64,000 bases of DNA from Selaginella moellendorffii (GCF_000143415.4 NW_003314267.1:3223407-3287406), one strand, 5' to 3'; positions 12,804-25,064 are shown, counted from the stretch's first letter. Notes: generated from the sequence alone by a model not told the origin. Numbers and translations are program-made.

Positions 12804-13609
12804 CCGTATTCACTCTAGTCTTGGACTTCCCAGTGGTCAGTTCATCACCCAACACTGGGTCTGGCCTTCCTGGGCCAAACTGGCCTTTCCTGGCCAAACT
12901 GGCTCCACTGCAGTCCTCCCCCTACTATACTTTTGGAGCTCACCAAACCCCCCAGGGTCTGGGAGACGAACGCTTTGGGCTTTCACCCTCTCAGGCTCCG
13001 GACTCGGACTCGGACTCGGACTCGGATTCGGATTCGGACTCGGACTCGGGCTCGGGCTCGGTCTTGGCCTCGGCCTCGGTCTCGGTCTCGGTCCCGATCT
13101 CGGTCTCGGTCTCGGTCCCGGTCTCGGTTCCGGTCTCGGTCTCGACTTCGGACTCCATCTCGGACTCCATCTCGGACTCCATCTCGGACTCCATCTCGGG
13201 TCCATCTCGGGTCCATCTCGGACTCCATCTCGGACTCCATCTCGGGTCCATCTCGGACTCCATTTCGGACTCCATCTCGGACTCCATCTCGGGTCCATCT
13301 CGGACTCCATCTCGGACTCCATCTCGAGTCCATCTCGGACACTCCCACGTGTCATGTGTTGGTCCTTTTGGGTCTCTTTTTGGAGCCTTGCCTTTTGCTC
13401 GCTTCGTGCTCGTTCCTCGAGCACTTCGTTAGGAGTTCCACTCCCGCTCTTGACTTTTCAAGTCGGAGCTTTTGGTCCAAACGTGTTACGCTCGTTTGGC
13501 TCTCGCTTCGGCCACTACCATGTGGCGCCCTTCCGGCTCCAATTTGGGGCCTAGGGATTTTGTGTCTCACATAAGCGTCCTTGGGTTTGAATAGTACTGG
13601 GATAGATGA

Positions 13610-13895
13610 CCTTCTAGAAAGTCTATATTCAAAAGCTTACATTTAGTATTAGAATGGTTTCAAGTTCGACTCTATTAGTTGGCTTAAGGAAATCGCACCA
13701 CTTGTTAATTGACATCTGGCTGGGCTCGACCCGAGGGGTCGATAGGGTGTCACCTTCTAAAAAGTCTATATTCAAAAGCTTACATTTAATATTGGAGTGG
13801 TCTCAAGTTCGACTCTGTTAGTTGGCTTAAGGGAATCGCACCACTTGTTAATTGACATCTGGCTGGGCTCGACCCGAGGGGTCGATAGGGTGTCA
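13610..13895. repeat. Tandem duplication, 2 x 143 bp
   Basis: 13610-13752 and 13753-13895 are near-identical. A diverged partial copy lies at about 14085-14150. Confidence 0.9.
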
Positions 13896-16516
13896 AGAGA
13901 AGAGAGCTGGGCTCTCAGGAGAGCTATAGCTCTTAACTTCCATTCACGAGGGTGTGAACTTGCAGGGAAGCAAACTAAAACTTGCATGGTGGATTGTAAG
14001 CAATCAAAGAGAACAACTTGAGAGACGGTCCATGGGGTTCAATATAAAGGGAAAGGGCCCATCGGTTAAGGGATACTTGGGGTTAAGCATCTTTAAGTTT
14101 AAATAGTACTGGGCTAGGTGACCTCCCAAAAAGTTTAAATTCATAAGCTTACAGTCATATAGAAAATGAAGAATAGAATAATTTTTAAGTGTATAACCCA
14201 AAGAGTAAAAGGACAAAATGATAAAATGACATAGTCTTAAAGCATCCAACATCCTAATGCCAAGACCAACATGCAAAATAGAGTTAAATAAAATTTAATA
14301 CTATTTTAACATAGCAATGGTGTGATGTGAGGATATGGGTACTCCAAACTAGCATGGTATGAAGCTTAAGGTTAAACCTAAACTGAATAGATAAGCATAT
14401 AACTAGGGAACTAAACTATGCCTCAGGTTAATCAAGAGTTACTCATAGTATTGCTCAATTGATGATTAAATCATAGTGATATTTAATCATATCCATATAA
14501 CTGTAAGCATTGTATTTGGATCACAAAGGATTCTTTGCTGGATTCTAGAATTCTTGGCAGCAAACCCTCGATTTTGGATTTTATAAAGTTGCTTGATCAA
14601 ATGATAAACCCCAAAATTATTGATAGTGAAGCTATTGTATTTACATGTAGTAACATTATAGTAACTTTGATTGAATTTTCAAGAATGATCTATTATGCTA
14701 ATTTTGGTTCCGTGAGGGTTTGCTTATTAAGGTTTAGGGAAAATTTATAACATTTGTTTGCTATAGCTTATCGGTTACGATTAGCATTTGGAGTAAATTG
14801 TTAGATGGCAAAGGTATGTAATTGAGGCATTGATATTACTAACATTTGTTAATGAAAGTGGCATTGTTATGTCAAGTGATGAGAAGTTTTCCTTATAGCT
14901 TAAATTTTGATATTATTTTTTCTTTTAGTGTTTCATATTAGATCTTGAAAGTGATTGAAAAAAAATGTAAGTGTAGTACAGATATCCAAAGATATGGTCT
15001 CTATTATTTAGTTTTGGGTATTCGTTAGCATTTGTGGATGCTATGCCAAAATATATGGGCATATTGTTAAATGCTTAGGCATATTTTTAGGTCATAAGAA
15101 TTTGTGTTTATGTGAACTTGTAGATAGAAGGAAATTGATTGAGTCTTAAGTTTTTTTGTTTTTGAATAGAGAGTTATTCTTTCTTTAAAATGGAAAACTT
15201 TTCTTAAACTTTTCCAATATCTAATTTATTAATATTTTTGCCTAAAAACCATTCTACTTTCATAAGCCATTGAAAGGGTTAAAGTTGACTTTAATTAATT
15301 TAGATCTTATTATATAATACAGCTTCAAAAAGATACAAACTTCTAGGGTTAAAGCAATTGAGTTGGATAGAGTTTGGAACTGATGTGGAAAAGTAGCTAA
15401 TGCACTTTTCTAGAAAATGACTCTTATACCTTTCTTTTATAGCATTAGGTTTAGTGGTAGATGGCACTTTATATTTTATTTGACTCTATAAGAGTTATAA
15501 GCTCTTATTAATCTTGATTTTGTTTTGGTGGCTTAACACCTTGGCTGAAGAAGGTGTCTAGTTTAGTTGTTTGAGGTTTAGGTATTAGTATCTAAATGAT
15601 AACTTTTCTTGTTAGTAGGTTGTGTACAAAATGAGTCCATCTCATAGATATATATATTAGTGAGCTTATCAAGGTTAGATTGCATTTAAGTAGTTATTTT
15701 GTTCATACTTGTCCATGTTCCTATGTGTTGTACTTGGCATGTTACTCTATTGTTGGACAAATATATAACTTAATGATATGAGTTTCGTACTTAGGTCTTA
15801 TGAAGATGAGTTGTAAAGTGATTGATAGTTCTTTTGCAACTAATGATTGCTTGTAAAATTTATTGAGGATTAATAACACTTGTTTTTCTATGATATTTAA
15901 TAGTGATAGGTTTCTTTATTAAATTGTATTGTGAAGGATTGTATCATTAACCTTGTATAGTTTTTCTATGGTAGCATTTTGATCTATCTCTGTCGATATT
16001 GTCTTGTTGTGTTTAGTATGTAGTGTTGGATTACATTGATCCAACACTAATATACTAAATTAATATCAAACTCTATTTAACTTTGTTTTGCATGTTAATT
16101 ATGACATTGGGGAGTCTATATTCTAGTTCCTTCACTTCTTAGGTGTATGCCTAGTATGAAACGAACAAGAGAGTGAACCCTAGGCCAACCTCCCAACCCT
16201 TAAGGCGTTACGGCCTTAAATCCCACCGGCCATGGAATATTCTCGGAATATTCCCGTGGTTCGTGTCATTCTCCCCTCCCTCATGACCCAGCCACATACG
16301 GTAGCCTTGAGAAGCTAAACGAGCCTCAAATGAAGGGAGTCCAAGGCAATACGGCCATGGAGAAAATATGTGCAAATGGCAACACCAACGTCGCAACAAA
16401 TGGTCACGAAAGAAAGAAAGCAATACGGCTTTCTCACATGACAATACGGTCATGGAAAACAAGAGAATGAGAATAAAACAAATGGCTCAAATCATATAGC
16501 AATACGGCTATAGAAC

Positions 16517-18330
16517 TCAATTCTCCCCTTCCTCAGGAATGTTATCCAAGTCATAACTAGAACTCGGAAACACTCTTTTCACGTCATCCTTCCCCATGTA
16601 GCTTCGTCCATGGAATAACCATTCCACTAAACTAACAACTCCCTAGTTGTTTTCCGGCATGTTTTCACCAATCTTTGAGCAAGAATATTGGCCGGACCAG
16701 CCTTCTCTGCATCAATCTCTAGAACTTGGATGATGGACTGATCCACGATATCACCAGAGTGCAAACACGCTTTAAGCTTGCTCACATGGAACATTGGATG
16801 AATCTTCGAACTAACTGGCAAGTCCAAAGTGTATGCAAGATCCCCTACACGCTGTAAAATTGTCCAAGGTCCACAATACCGTGGAGACAACTTAGCACTG
16901 CCACCTCCTTTTAGAGACCGTTGTGCATTTGACAGCTTAAGGAAAACCTTCTCACCAACTTTGTACTCTTGATGACGACGATGCTCATCAGCCAATCTTT
17001 TGTCTCATTCTTGAGCTTGCCTCATGTTCAATTTTGCCAACTCAAGCTTATCCTGCATATCCTCAAGGAAATCACAAGCATGAGAAACCCGAACCAAAGC
17101 CAAATTCAAAGTCACAGGAGACCTAGGCTCATAGCCATACATCGCCATAAAAGGAGACATGCCAATAGCTGATTGATGAGTGCTATTGTGAGCAAACTGA
17201 AGTAAAGGCAAGTATTTCTCCCATACTCCTTGTCGAGTCAAGTTTCCCACAAAAGACCGTAGCATATCTTCTAATAGATGATTCATGCGCTCTGTCTGCC
17301 CATCAGATTGTGGATGCTCACCACTACTCATGCTCAGTTTAGTCTCTAGTTTCTCAAAGACCGTTTGCCAAAACTTGGACGTGAACTTAGGATGCCGATC
17401 ACTCACAATATCACCCAGCAAACCATAAAGACTGAATAACCGGTCTACAAACAACTGAGCAAGTTCAGAAGCTTTTATCGTTGTCTTCACAGGGAAGAAG
17501 TGAGCCATCTTCGTCAAACGATCCACAATAACCCAAATAGCATCATTTCCTCGAAAGGTTTTGGGCAAACCAGTGATAAAGTCCATCAAGATGCTATCCC
17601 ACTTATTCTCGGGTACACGTAAAAGATGATAGAGGCCAGTGAGCTTCTGATGATCAACTTTGACCGCCTAGCAGGTCAAACAACCATGTATGTACTTCTC
17701 AACATCTGACTTCATCCCAGGCCAAAAGAAATGCCTCTTCACCAATATATACGTTCTCAATACCCCCGGATGCCCAACACTTGGCACATCATGACACTCA
17801 ACCAAAATCTGTTTGATGAGTTTGTCAACAGAAGGAACCATTACACGTCCCTTCTTCACCAGAATTCCATCTCGTATTTCGAATGACGCAAACTTGTCAC
17901 CCTTCAAATCCGTAGAGGCGTCCCTCAACAAAACCTTCGCGCGAATATCAGTGATGAAGGAGTCGAAGTCATCAAACTCCTTAAGCTCATTCAAGAGATC
18001 GCTGGATAGCTTCACAAACGAGATGGAATTTACCATCCTGGATAACGCATCAGCCACCTTATTGTCACCTCCATGCTTGTACCGGATCTTAACAGACATT
18101 TCCTGCAGGAACTCTTGCCAACAAGCAAGACGGCCTCAAAGATCCACATCTGGAGAGACTGATGATCTGAATCTACATAGAAGTCCGATCTATATAGATA
18201 ATATTGCCATTCTCGAGTAGGTCAATGCTGCTGTGTGACATCAAACTTGTGGCTCATGAAGGCAAGAGAATGCCTAACTTGAAGCAATACGGCCTCAAAA
18301 GCACTATTACTCACATCATTGCCTATAATT
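16517..18330 (-). pseudogene. Element B pol remnant: RNase H, integrase (H2C2 and core), SH3-like, chromodomain
   Basis: DVSNSAFEAVLLQ..LAFMSHKF..QQH*PTRE..SDHQSL; NKVADALSR; HDVPSVGHPG..CLTC; MDFITGLP..VDRLTKMAHF..HPQSDGQTER; KLSPRYCGP; ELLV*WNGYSMDEATW. Several stops and frameshifts. Confidence 0.9.
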
Positions 18331-18348
18331 TCCACCACAGTCACCTTA

Positions 18349-19350
18349 TCATTCATTGACCCCTTCAGAACAATCCTTGCTCTGATGTCCAGCTCTATGG
18401 CAACGAAAACAATTGCCCTCCGCCTTGTCTTTCTCTCGCTGGTCCAAACGAAGTTTCTTAGCTTCACTGCCATCTTCATGCTTCAAGCCACAACGGAATA
18501 ACGACTGTTTCTTCCCCGAATATGAAGAATTAGCAAGTTGGTCATCACGTTGACTACTCCGTGGACTATCTTGTTGACCAGAGTTGACCAAGTTGACTGA
18601 CGGTTCGGGTGAAAAGATCTGAGCCTTAGTGATAGCATCAGTCAATGTTGCTGGAAAATCCTTCTTGACCTTCTGCTGCACATCCACCGAGCTCAATCCT
18701 TTGATAAAACATTGCACCTTTAGCAGTTTATTATAGGTGCCCATGAGACTAAGGCAAAGATCACGGAACTTGCGGGCATACACATCCAAAGACAAAGTCC
18801 CTTGCCGGATCTCTAACAACTAATTCACGAAATCAACCTCTTCAAACTTCTTGACAAACGAAGCGCGAAAAACCTTTGTCAAAGCAGTCCAAGAAGTCGG
18901 CTTCGGATTAGCTTTGATGTAGTTCTTCCACCACGAAGAAGCATGGCCCGTAAGCTTCGTCACAAAGAAATCTATCTTCACCTTATCCTCACAAGGATTG
19001 TGAAACCAACAACTTTCCCACAATTCCAACCAAAAATTAACCTTTTGACTATCACAAACATCCAGTGATGATTTCCATTCCATAATACCATAATCCTTGG
19101 CATGCTTGACGTACCAATAGTAATCACGGACATGAGATCGATTCAATCCTTGAGGGTCCATGCGAAGCAAGAAATCCTTAATTAGATTGACGGAATCCTT
19201 AACCTCCTTTATGTCGCTCTGAACCGCAGAAATCTGGCATCCTTGCCGTAGAACAATATCATCAAGAGTCTTTTCCGCATTGTCATGGCTATCATCACTA
19301 ACGCCATACTCTTCATCAAGATCAATATCTTGCTCTCCCGCCATCCCCAA
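18349..19350 (-). pseudogene. Element B gag with zinc knuckle (one internal stop)
   Basis: Retrotrans_gag-like KLTGHASSWW...SWTALTKVFRASF...IRQG and CCHC knuckle CFRCHRAGHQSKDC. ORFs 18820-19350 and 18349-18819 abut in the same frame. Confidence 0.88.
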
Positions 19351-22300
19351 AAGAACGTGCTACTCCGATACCAATGAAACGAACAAGAGAGTGAACCCTA
19401 GGCCAACCTCCTAACCCTTAAGGCGTTACGGCCTTAAATCCCACCGGCCATGGAATATTCTCGAAATATTCCCATGGTTCGTGTTATAGTAGTTTGATTC
19501 TATCCTTTTATTCAGTGGCTCAAGGCCTTGAAACTTAAGTTTTACTCCACTGCCTTTAGCCTATATGCCTAAAGGTTTAGGTTTCGCATTATAGTTATTT
19601 TATAGTAAATCATCATAGGGTAAAAAGGGGAAACCATATACATTATAACCAATTGTTTGATCATGATCATCATTAGGGAATTTACTATTGACTCCATTGT
19701 TATTATTACCACTGTTAAACTCACTCTTAGAAGGATTATTCACTATAGTATTCTTAGTAGATTAAGTTTTCTTTATTTCTCAACATTTTTCACCATAAAT
19801 GGTCATTAAAATATTAGATATTTTTGCTTTATAGATAGCTTGAAAGAAGATCTCTATCCTTTTTCCAGTAGGAAAATTTCATCAATCAGATTGTCTATAT
19901 TTTAGTTTTATTTCCCTCTTAACAATTTATTTTTATAATCACATCTACTTTAGAAGAAAAGGATTTTCATATCCTCTTTGTCTATGATGAATTGTGCTAA
20001 CTCAATTGTTCCAGACTAAGCTCATATAAACTTGTTCTTCCCTAGTAAGACTTTGTCTCCTGCTGTGAATGCATTGATAAAACATCAATTCTAAAATCTA
20101 AATTATACATACCTTATAATCATAAACCTTCTATCTTTCATGATCACATTCGAGTTATCTTTTTATGGATCATAAAAATTTCTCTCTCTAACATAAATGT
20201 GATATAACTTGTACTCAAAGTATGAATAGTGGTTAACTTAACATAAGTTATAATTGCTCCAAACTTTGTTAGAATTTATAAGTTTTATCAAAGCTTATAA
20301 TCAATCCTAATAGTGTTCTATAATGCCTGGATTTATAATTGCAATCTACAATATATAAATTCACAAGTTCTTTAAATTTTATGACTTTTTACCATATTGT
20401 GTTGTAATTCTAATCTATTTACTCTAGATTCTTCCCTAATTCAAGCTATAAAACATATTAAACTAAATTGAGAGATATAATATCACACTAAAAGAAAATT
20501 TACCTCTTTTTTTGTCATTTTAAAAGTCATCTTATGTATGAAGCTCTTTAGGGAAAAATTCAATAATGGTTAAAATCATGGTCTATAATTAAGTATATAT
20601 TCCTCTTTAAAATATTTTCATCTTGGTCACACACAAACACAAAGTATATCTTTTTACACACATCAAATATAGAGTGTATCTTTTTACTTCATTTTAGCTA
20701 AAGGTTGTCAACACAAAAAGCTAGTGTATAGATTTAAAATAACTATCTATATATGGAGTGTATCTAAAGAAAATAGATCTCACCAATCTAGACATTTTAT
20801 ACATCTCCCACACCTTAGCAAAAGTATTAACTGTTAGCAGTTTTAGGCTTTGCCTTCAACAAAGAGAAGGAGAAGATTATTATTTCCTTGGCATATAGCT
20901 CCATTTAGTGATGTAAAAGTAATGTTTGAAGCCTCTTTACCTTTAAAAGCACAGTTGTTTCAAAGTTATAAAGTAGTTTAAAAAGTATATACAAACTTCT
21001 AGTAATATTTGTGATTATTCAATACTCTTATAAACATAAATGTTAGTGCCAATAACCCTAAAAATAGAGTCTACAATCCCTAAAATATTGTAACTGTTTT
21101 TTATTATAGTCAATATATCCTCCTAGCATCAAGAAATGGATGTTAGTGATATCAAATGACTAATAAAGGAGAATCTAGAAGACACTAGGAATTTAGCCTT
21201 GTATGATTTAAATGTTTTCCCCAATGCAATCTCATGATTCTCTTTGATAATTTGACAAAATAGGAGGTATTTATTAAGTTTTTATATAGACACATGAAAT
21301 GTTATGTTTTTGCTTTGTAGGTAAAGGAAAAATAGGATTTTAAGGTCTTATTTATGACTTTTTAAGAACATATTCTTACAAGAAGTAGCTTATTTAGAAT
21401 TTCTTCTTCTTTTGGTAAAGAGACAATGAATCAAACTTTAATTACACAATGTGATTCAATTTTTCAATAAGATTTACTTTGACAACAAAATGATGAGATA
21501 AAAGTTCATTTGAGTTACCTAAAAGAAAAATGGCCAATAAATGTTACTAGTGTTATTGCAATGCCTAATTAAGCTTTTTGTATATGCTTTAGGATTCCCA
21601 ATATTATTAAATGTTATTTGTTAGACTCATTCATTCATATTTATCAATTAATATACAAAATAATTATTTTAATATTTTTAAAATAGCATCTAACTATAAC
21701 AAAAAGTACCAAGTTATTCTTTAAGAGTTAGTATTTATCATTTTGTCAATTTAATCCAATATTGAGAAACAACTAGGAAAATAAAATTGAGGATCATCAT
21801 ATTTCAACAAGTTTTACTATTGCTACATTATATGATGGCATCAATATAAAAAAATGGTTGATAAAAAAAATCACGTATGTCATAAGTTGAATATATTAAA
21901 AAAATTAAACTACTATTTTTAATAATTTGAATTTATGAATTTCTATCATTAAAAAACTCAAATACTTTCCAATTTTATCCAGAATTATCTGTAAGTTATT
22001 TTGATAATACTATATTAGTGTAAAATTAATGTTGAATTTCTAACATAGATGAATAAAACTTAAAGTATTTTTTTGGCTTAAAATAATATATAAATTCTTG
22101 TAAACTTGATATTTTGTTTTTCTTGAGTTTTCTTAAAATTAATTAAACTTAATCACATTAATAATTAAATTTACTCAAAAGTGAATGGACAATAAAATAA
22201 ATACAAACAACTATTTTTTAAAAAATATGTATAAATCAGCATTATAGAAGCTTTGAAAATACATTTTTAAATTTAAAACACAAATATAAGTGAGTATTTT

Positions 22301-22615
22301 ATATTTAATATGTTGGAGATAACAAAAAATTCTTTGGAGCATTATACTTCTCAGAAAATTTGAAAACTTCAATAGTAATTAATGAATTAATTTGATGTAA
22401 TTTAAATGTGATGTTCATCAATAATTGAAACTACATACTAAATGTTTCAAAAGGAACAATGATCTTGCAGCAAGAACATTAGGCTCCACTACAAGATGAT
22501 CTATGCAGCACACATTACATTAGAATCATCATCTAAGGCTTCAATCATCATTTTTTTATAGCACCTTCTATCAAGGACGCCAAAGCCCTAGACTCCAATT
22601 TCTCAAGATGCTTGA

Positions 22616-24367
22616 ATGCTAAGCAATAAATCATCGGAATGCCTGAGAGAATCGCTGCTCCAGCTGCTCAAGCGATGCACCGCCGCGCGCGATCTAGCAC
22701 AGGGCCGGCTCCTCCACTCCCAGATCGCATCCATCGGCCTGGAGCAGGACAAATACCTCGCCAATCTGCTGCTCCAGATGTATGGCAAATGCGGCAGCGT
22801 GTGCGATGCCGAGGAGCTCTTCTTCCGCAAAATTCATTCCAAGAACCGCTTCTCCTGGAGCATTATGATCTCGATCTACGCCCAGCAGCAGCAGCTCGAT
22901 GATGCCAGGCACATCTTCGATGCAATGCCGGATGGAATCCGCGACGTCGTGCACTGGAACACGATCCTCACAGGCTACGCAAACAGCGCTTTCCTCTCGA
23001 TGGCCGTCGCTAGGGCTCTATTCGATCGAATGCCCCAGTGGAGCGTGGTATCTTGGACTGCGCTCATCACAGTATATTCCCAGGGCGGGCATCTCGCGTC
23101 ATCGAGGCACGCGTTCGATTCCATGCCAGAAAGAAACGTGGTATCGTGGACGGCGATTCTTGCGGCATATACCCATCATGGGCATCTAGAGCAGGCACGG
23201 GGAATATTTTCCAGAATGCCTCTGGTGGACCTCGTTGCGTGGAACTCTTTGCTTGCTGGATATTCCCAGGACGGGAATATTGCTGCCATGCTGGATTTGC
23301 TAAGCTCCATGCCCGAGAAAGATTCTTTTACGTGGAGTTCTCTATTGGCAGGATATGCTCGGGCAGGGAATCTTGAGAAGGCAAAGGAGATCTTTGCTAA
23401 AGTTCCCGATGTGACCTCTTGGACGGCTATGATCACCGCTCATGCCCAAGCATCGGAGATCAACGGTGCTAAAAACTATTTTGACAAGATGCCCCAGCGA
23501 ACAAATGTCTCGTGGAATGCCATGTTAGCAGCATTTGCCGAGGTAGGGGATTTGGAAAGCGCAAAAGGTATATTCCACAAAATGCCAGATCTAAGCATAG
23601 TGTCTTGGAACACAATCCTTTCTGGATTTGCCGTCCAGGGCTGTTTAGAAGAATGTAAAGACATCTTTGAAAAGATGCCAGGGAATAATCTTGTGTCGTG
23701 GAACACTGTCTTAACCGCATTTTCTTGCAAAGGGTATTTGGAGGAAACGAGGCAATACTTCGGTGCATTGCCAGAACGAAACTTTATATCGTGGAACATT
23801 CTCTTGGGCGCCTTTGCGGAGAATGGCCATGCATTCCAAGCCTTGAACTTTCTCTCTGCGATGATCATGGAGGGATTTATCCCCGACGCGCTGACATTCA
23901 TGAGCGTTTTGGGGGCTTGTATACACATTGGAGTCTTGATCCTGGCTCGGGATCACTTCGTATCCATGACGTACGATCACAGTATAGTTGCGGAGAGGGA
24001 TCACTACGGCTGCATTGTGGATCTTCTCAGCCGCGCTGGGAAGCTTGACGAGGCGGAGGAGCTGATCAAAGCAATGCCCTTCTTGCCCGATGCCACGGAA
24101 TGGGGAATTCTCCTTGGAGCTTGCAAGATCTACAGGGATGTCGATCGAGTGGAGCGATTAGTGAAATTCCTGCTCGAGTCTAATCCCGACAGGCATGGAC
24201 CTTACGTCCTGGTATCGACGACGATTAGAAGCTCCATAGCCCTAATCTCCCGCGCCAAGAATTTAAATTCGAATTTAGCAAAAGATTCTAAGCCCAAAAG
24301 CTTTGACAGGATTAGGGTTCTTGCGCGGCAAAGCTATGGCGAGAGCGGCAACGAAGAGGGCTTTTGA
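22616..24367 (+). CDS. PLS-class pentatricopeptide repeat protein with E domain, no DYW (putative organellar RNA-editing factor)
   Basis: 583-aa ORF with serial ~31-aa MPxxxxVSWxxxLxxY motifs, then HYGCIVDLLSRAGKLDEAEELIKAMPFLPD..WGILLGAC..PYVL. The last ~45 aa look like read-through. Confidence 0.93.
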   Translation: MLSNKSSECLRESLLQLLKRCTAARDLAQGRLLHSQIASIGLEQDKYLANLLLQMYGKCGSVCDAEELFFRKIHSKNRFSWSIMISIYAQQQQLDDARHIFDAMPDGIRDVVHWNTILTGYANSAFLSMAVARALFDRMPQWSVVSWTALITVYSQGGHLASSRHAFDSMPERNVVSWTAILAAYTHHGHLEQARGIFSRMPLVDLVAWNSLLAGYSQDGNIAAMLDLLSSMPEKDSFTWSSLLAGYARAGNLEKAKEIFAKVPDVTSWTAMITAHAQASEINGAKNYFDKMPQRTNVSWNAMLAAFAEVGDLESAKGIFHKMPDLSIVSWNTILSGFAVQGCLEECKDIFEKMPGNNLVSWNTVLTAFSCKGYLEETRQYFGALPERNFISWNILLGAFAENGHAFQALNFLSAMIMEGFIPDALTFMSVLGACIHIGVLILARDHFVSMTYDHSIVAERDHYGCIVDLLSRAGKLDEAEELIKAMPFLPDATEWGILLGACKIYRDVDRVERLVKFLLESNPDRHGPYVLVSTTIRSSIALISRAKNLNSNLAKDSKPKSFDRIRVLARQSYGESGNEEGF

Positions 24368-25064
24368 TGCAGGGCTGGAGGCCGCCATAACGGCTTACAA
24401 GTCTTCGGTGAAGAGAGGTGAGTACGGGCAGGGGCCTTTTACAGTAGCATCTGGAATCAGGGAGAACGTTTACAAGGAAATTCGATCGCGGGAAGAGGAT
24501 CCATGGCGCTTGAGCTACAACAAGAGCACATCCCAGGTGTTCTTGTATGGCGATCCCAGCCGAGCGCACGAGAGAGCCAGTCGATGGTTTGATGCCAAGA
24601 TCGGCGCGTATGCCATAGAGAATGGTCTGGAGGATGAATTAGCCCAGTCTGGGGCGGCGACGGTGGATCTTCCAGGCGTGATCAAGGAGCCGGATTTCAG
24701 TCTCTTGCTCGCTCGCGATCATCACTGCCCAGCACTGGTGGCCGAGGTGGCATGCCACAACGAGAGCATGGCAGCGCTGAGACGATCGCTCCACGACTGG
24801 ACTTGCCCAGGATTTGCAGTCATGGCTCTTGGTGTGTCGATTTCTAGAGGATCTGGCCAGGAGAGGATCAAGACAGTGGTGCTCAAGAAGACATGTTGGT
24901 CGAGTCTTATTGAAGAGTTTGACATCGTTGATGATTCACCTGAGCTATCGATTGCTGTGGACTTGGCTAGCTTGGGAGATGGCAGCATTCCAGCGCTAGA
25001 TGGGAAGGCTATTACGTTTGATCTTAAGTCTTTGCGGAAAACCATCCTTGCAGCAACCAATTAA
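24336..25064 (+). CDS. Uma2-like / PD-(D/E)XK restriction-endonuclease-fold protein (242 aa from first ATG)
   Basis: Intact intronless ORF with motif order HERASRWF...KEPDFS...PALVAEVA..NES...L, typical of Uma2/Crinkler-REase domains. Overlaps the PPR ORF end by 32 nt in another frame. Confidence 0.72.
   Translation: MARAATKRAFDAGLEAAITAYKSSVKRGEYGQGPFTVASGIRENVYKEIRSREEDPWRLSYNKSTSQVFLYGDPSRAHERASRWFDAKIGAYAIENGLEDELAQSGAATVDLPGVIKEPDFSLLLARDHHCPALVAEVACHNESMAALRRSLHDWTCPGFAVMALGVSISRGSGQERIKTVVLKKTCWSSLIEEFDIVDDSPELSIAVDLASLGDGSIPALDGKAITFDLKSLRKTILAATN

Larger units (their letters stand above)
1..13571 (-). mobile_element. Family A non-autonomous LTR retroelement, copy A1 (3' LTR partial 1-793, internal 794-4856, 5' LTR split into 4857-5670 and 12809-13571 by copy A2)
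   Basis: LTR termini TGTAAGCG...GTCTCACA. On the minus strand, PBS TGGTATCGGAGC at 4842-4853 and purine-rich GGGTGGTGGAG next to the LTR ending at 793. Positions 1-793 match 12804-13571. No intact gag/pol ORF. Confidence 0.93.
16157..19486 (-). mobile_element. Short-LTR Ty3/gypsy chromovirus derivative (element B) lacking protease and RT
   Basis: 112-bp LTRs at 16157-16268 and 19375-19486; TSD TAGTA at 16152-16156 and 19487-19491; PBS TGGTATCGGAG at 19363-19373; PPT GAGGGAGGGGAGAA at 16269-16282. Confidence 0.95.

Noticed and set aside
4857-13571. Tandem LTR array produced by unequal recombination
   Set aside because: The CCGTA TSD and the split host LTR show a nested integration instead.
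14300-16150. AT-rich tract, possibly ancient retroelement debris; likewise 19492-22500
   Set aside because: No ORF or convincing motif could be recovered by eye.
22603-24048. Antisense and alternate-frame ORFs over the PPR gene, and similarly over elements B and C
   Set aside because: Shadow ORFs of genuine coding sequence.
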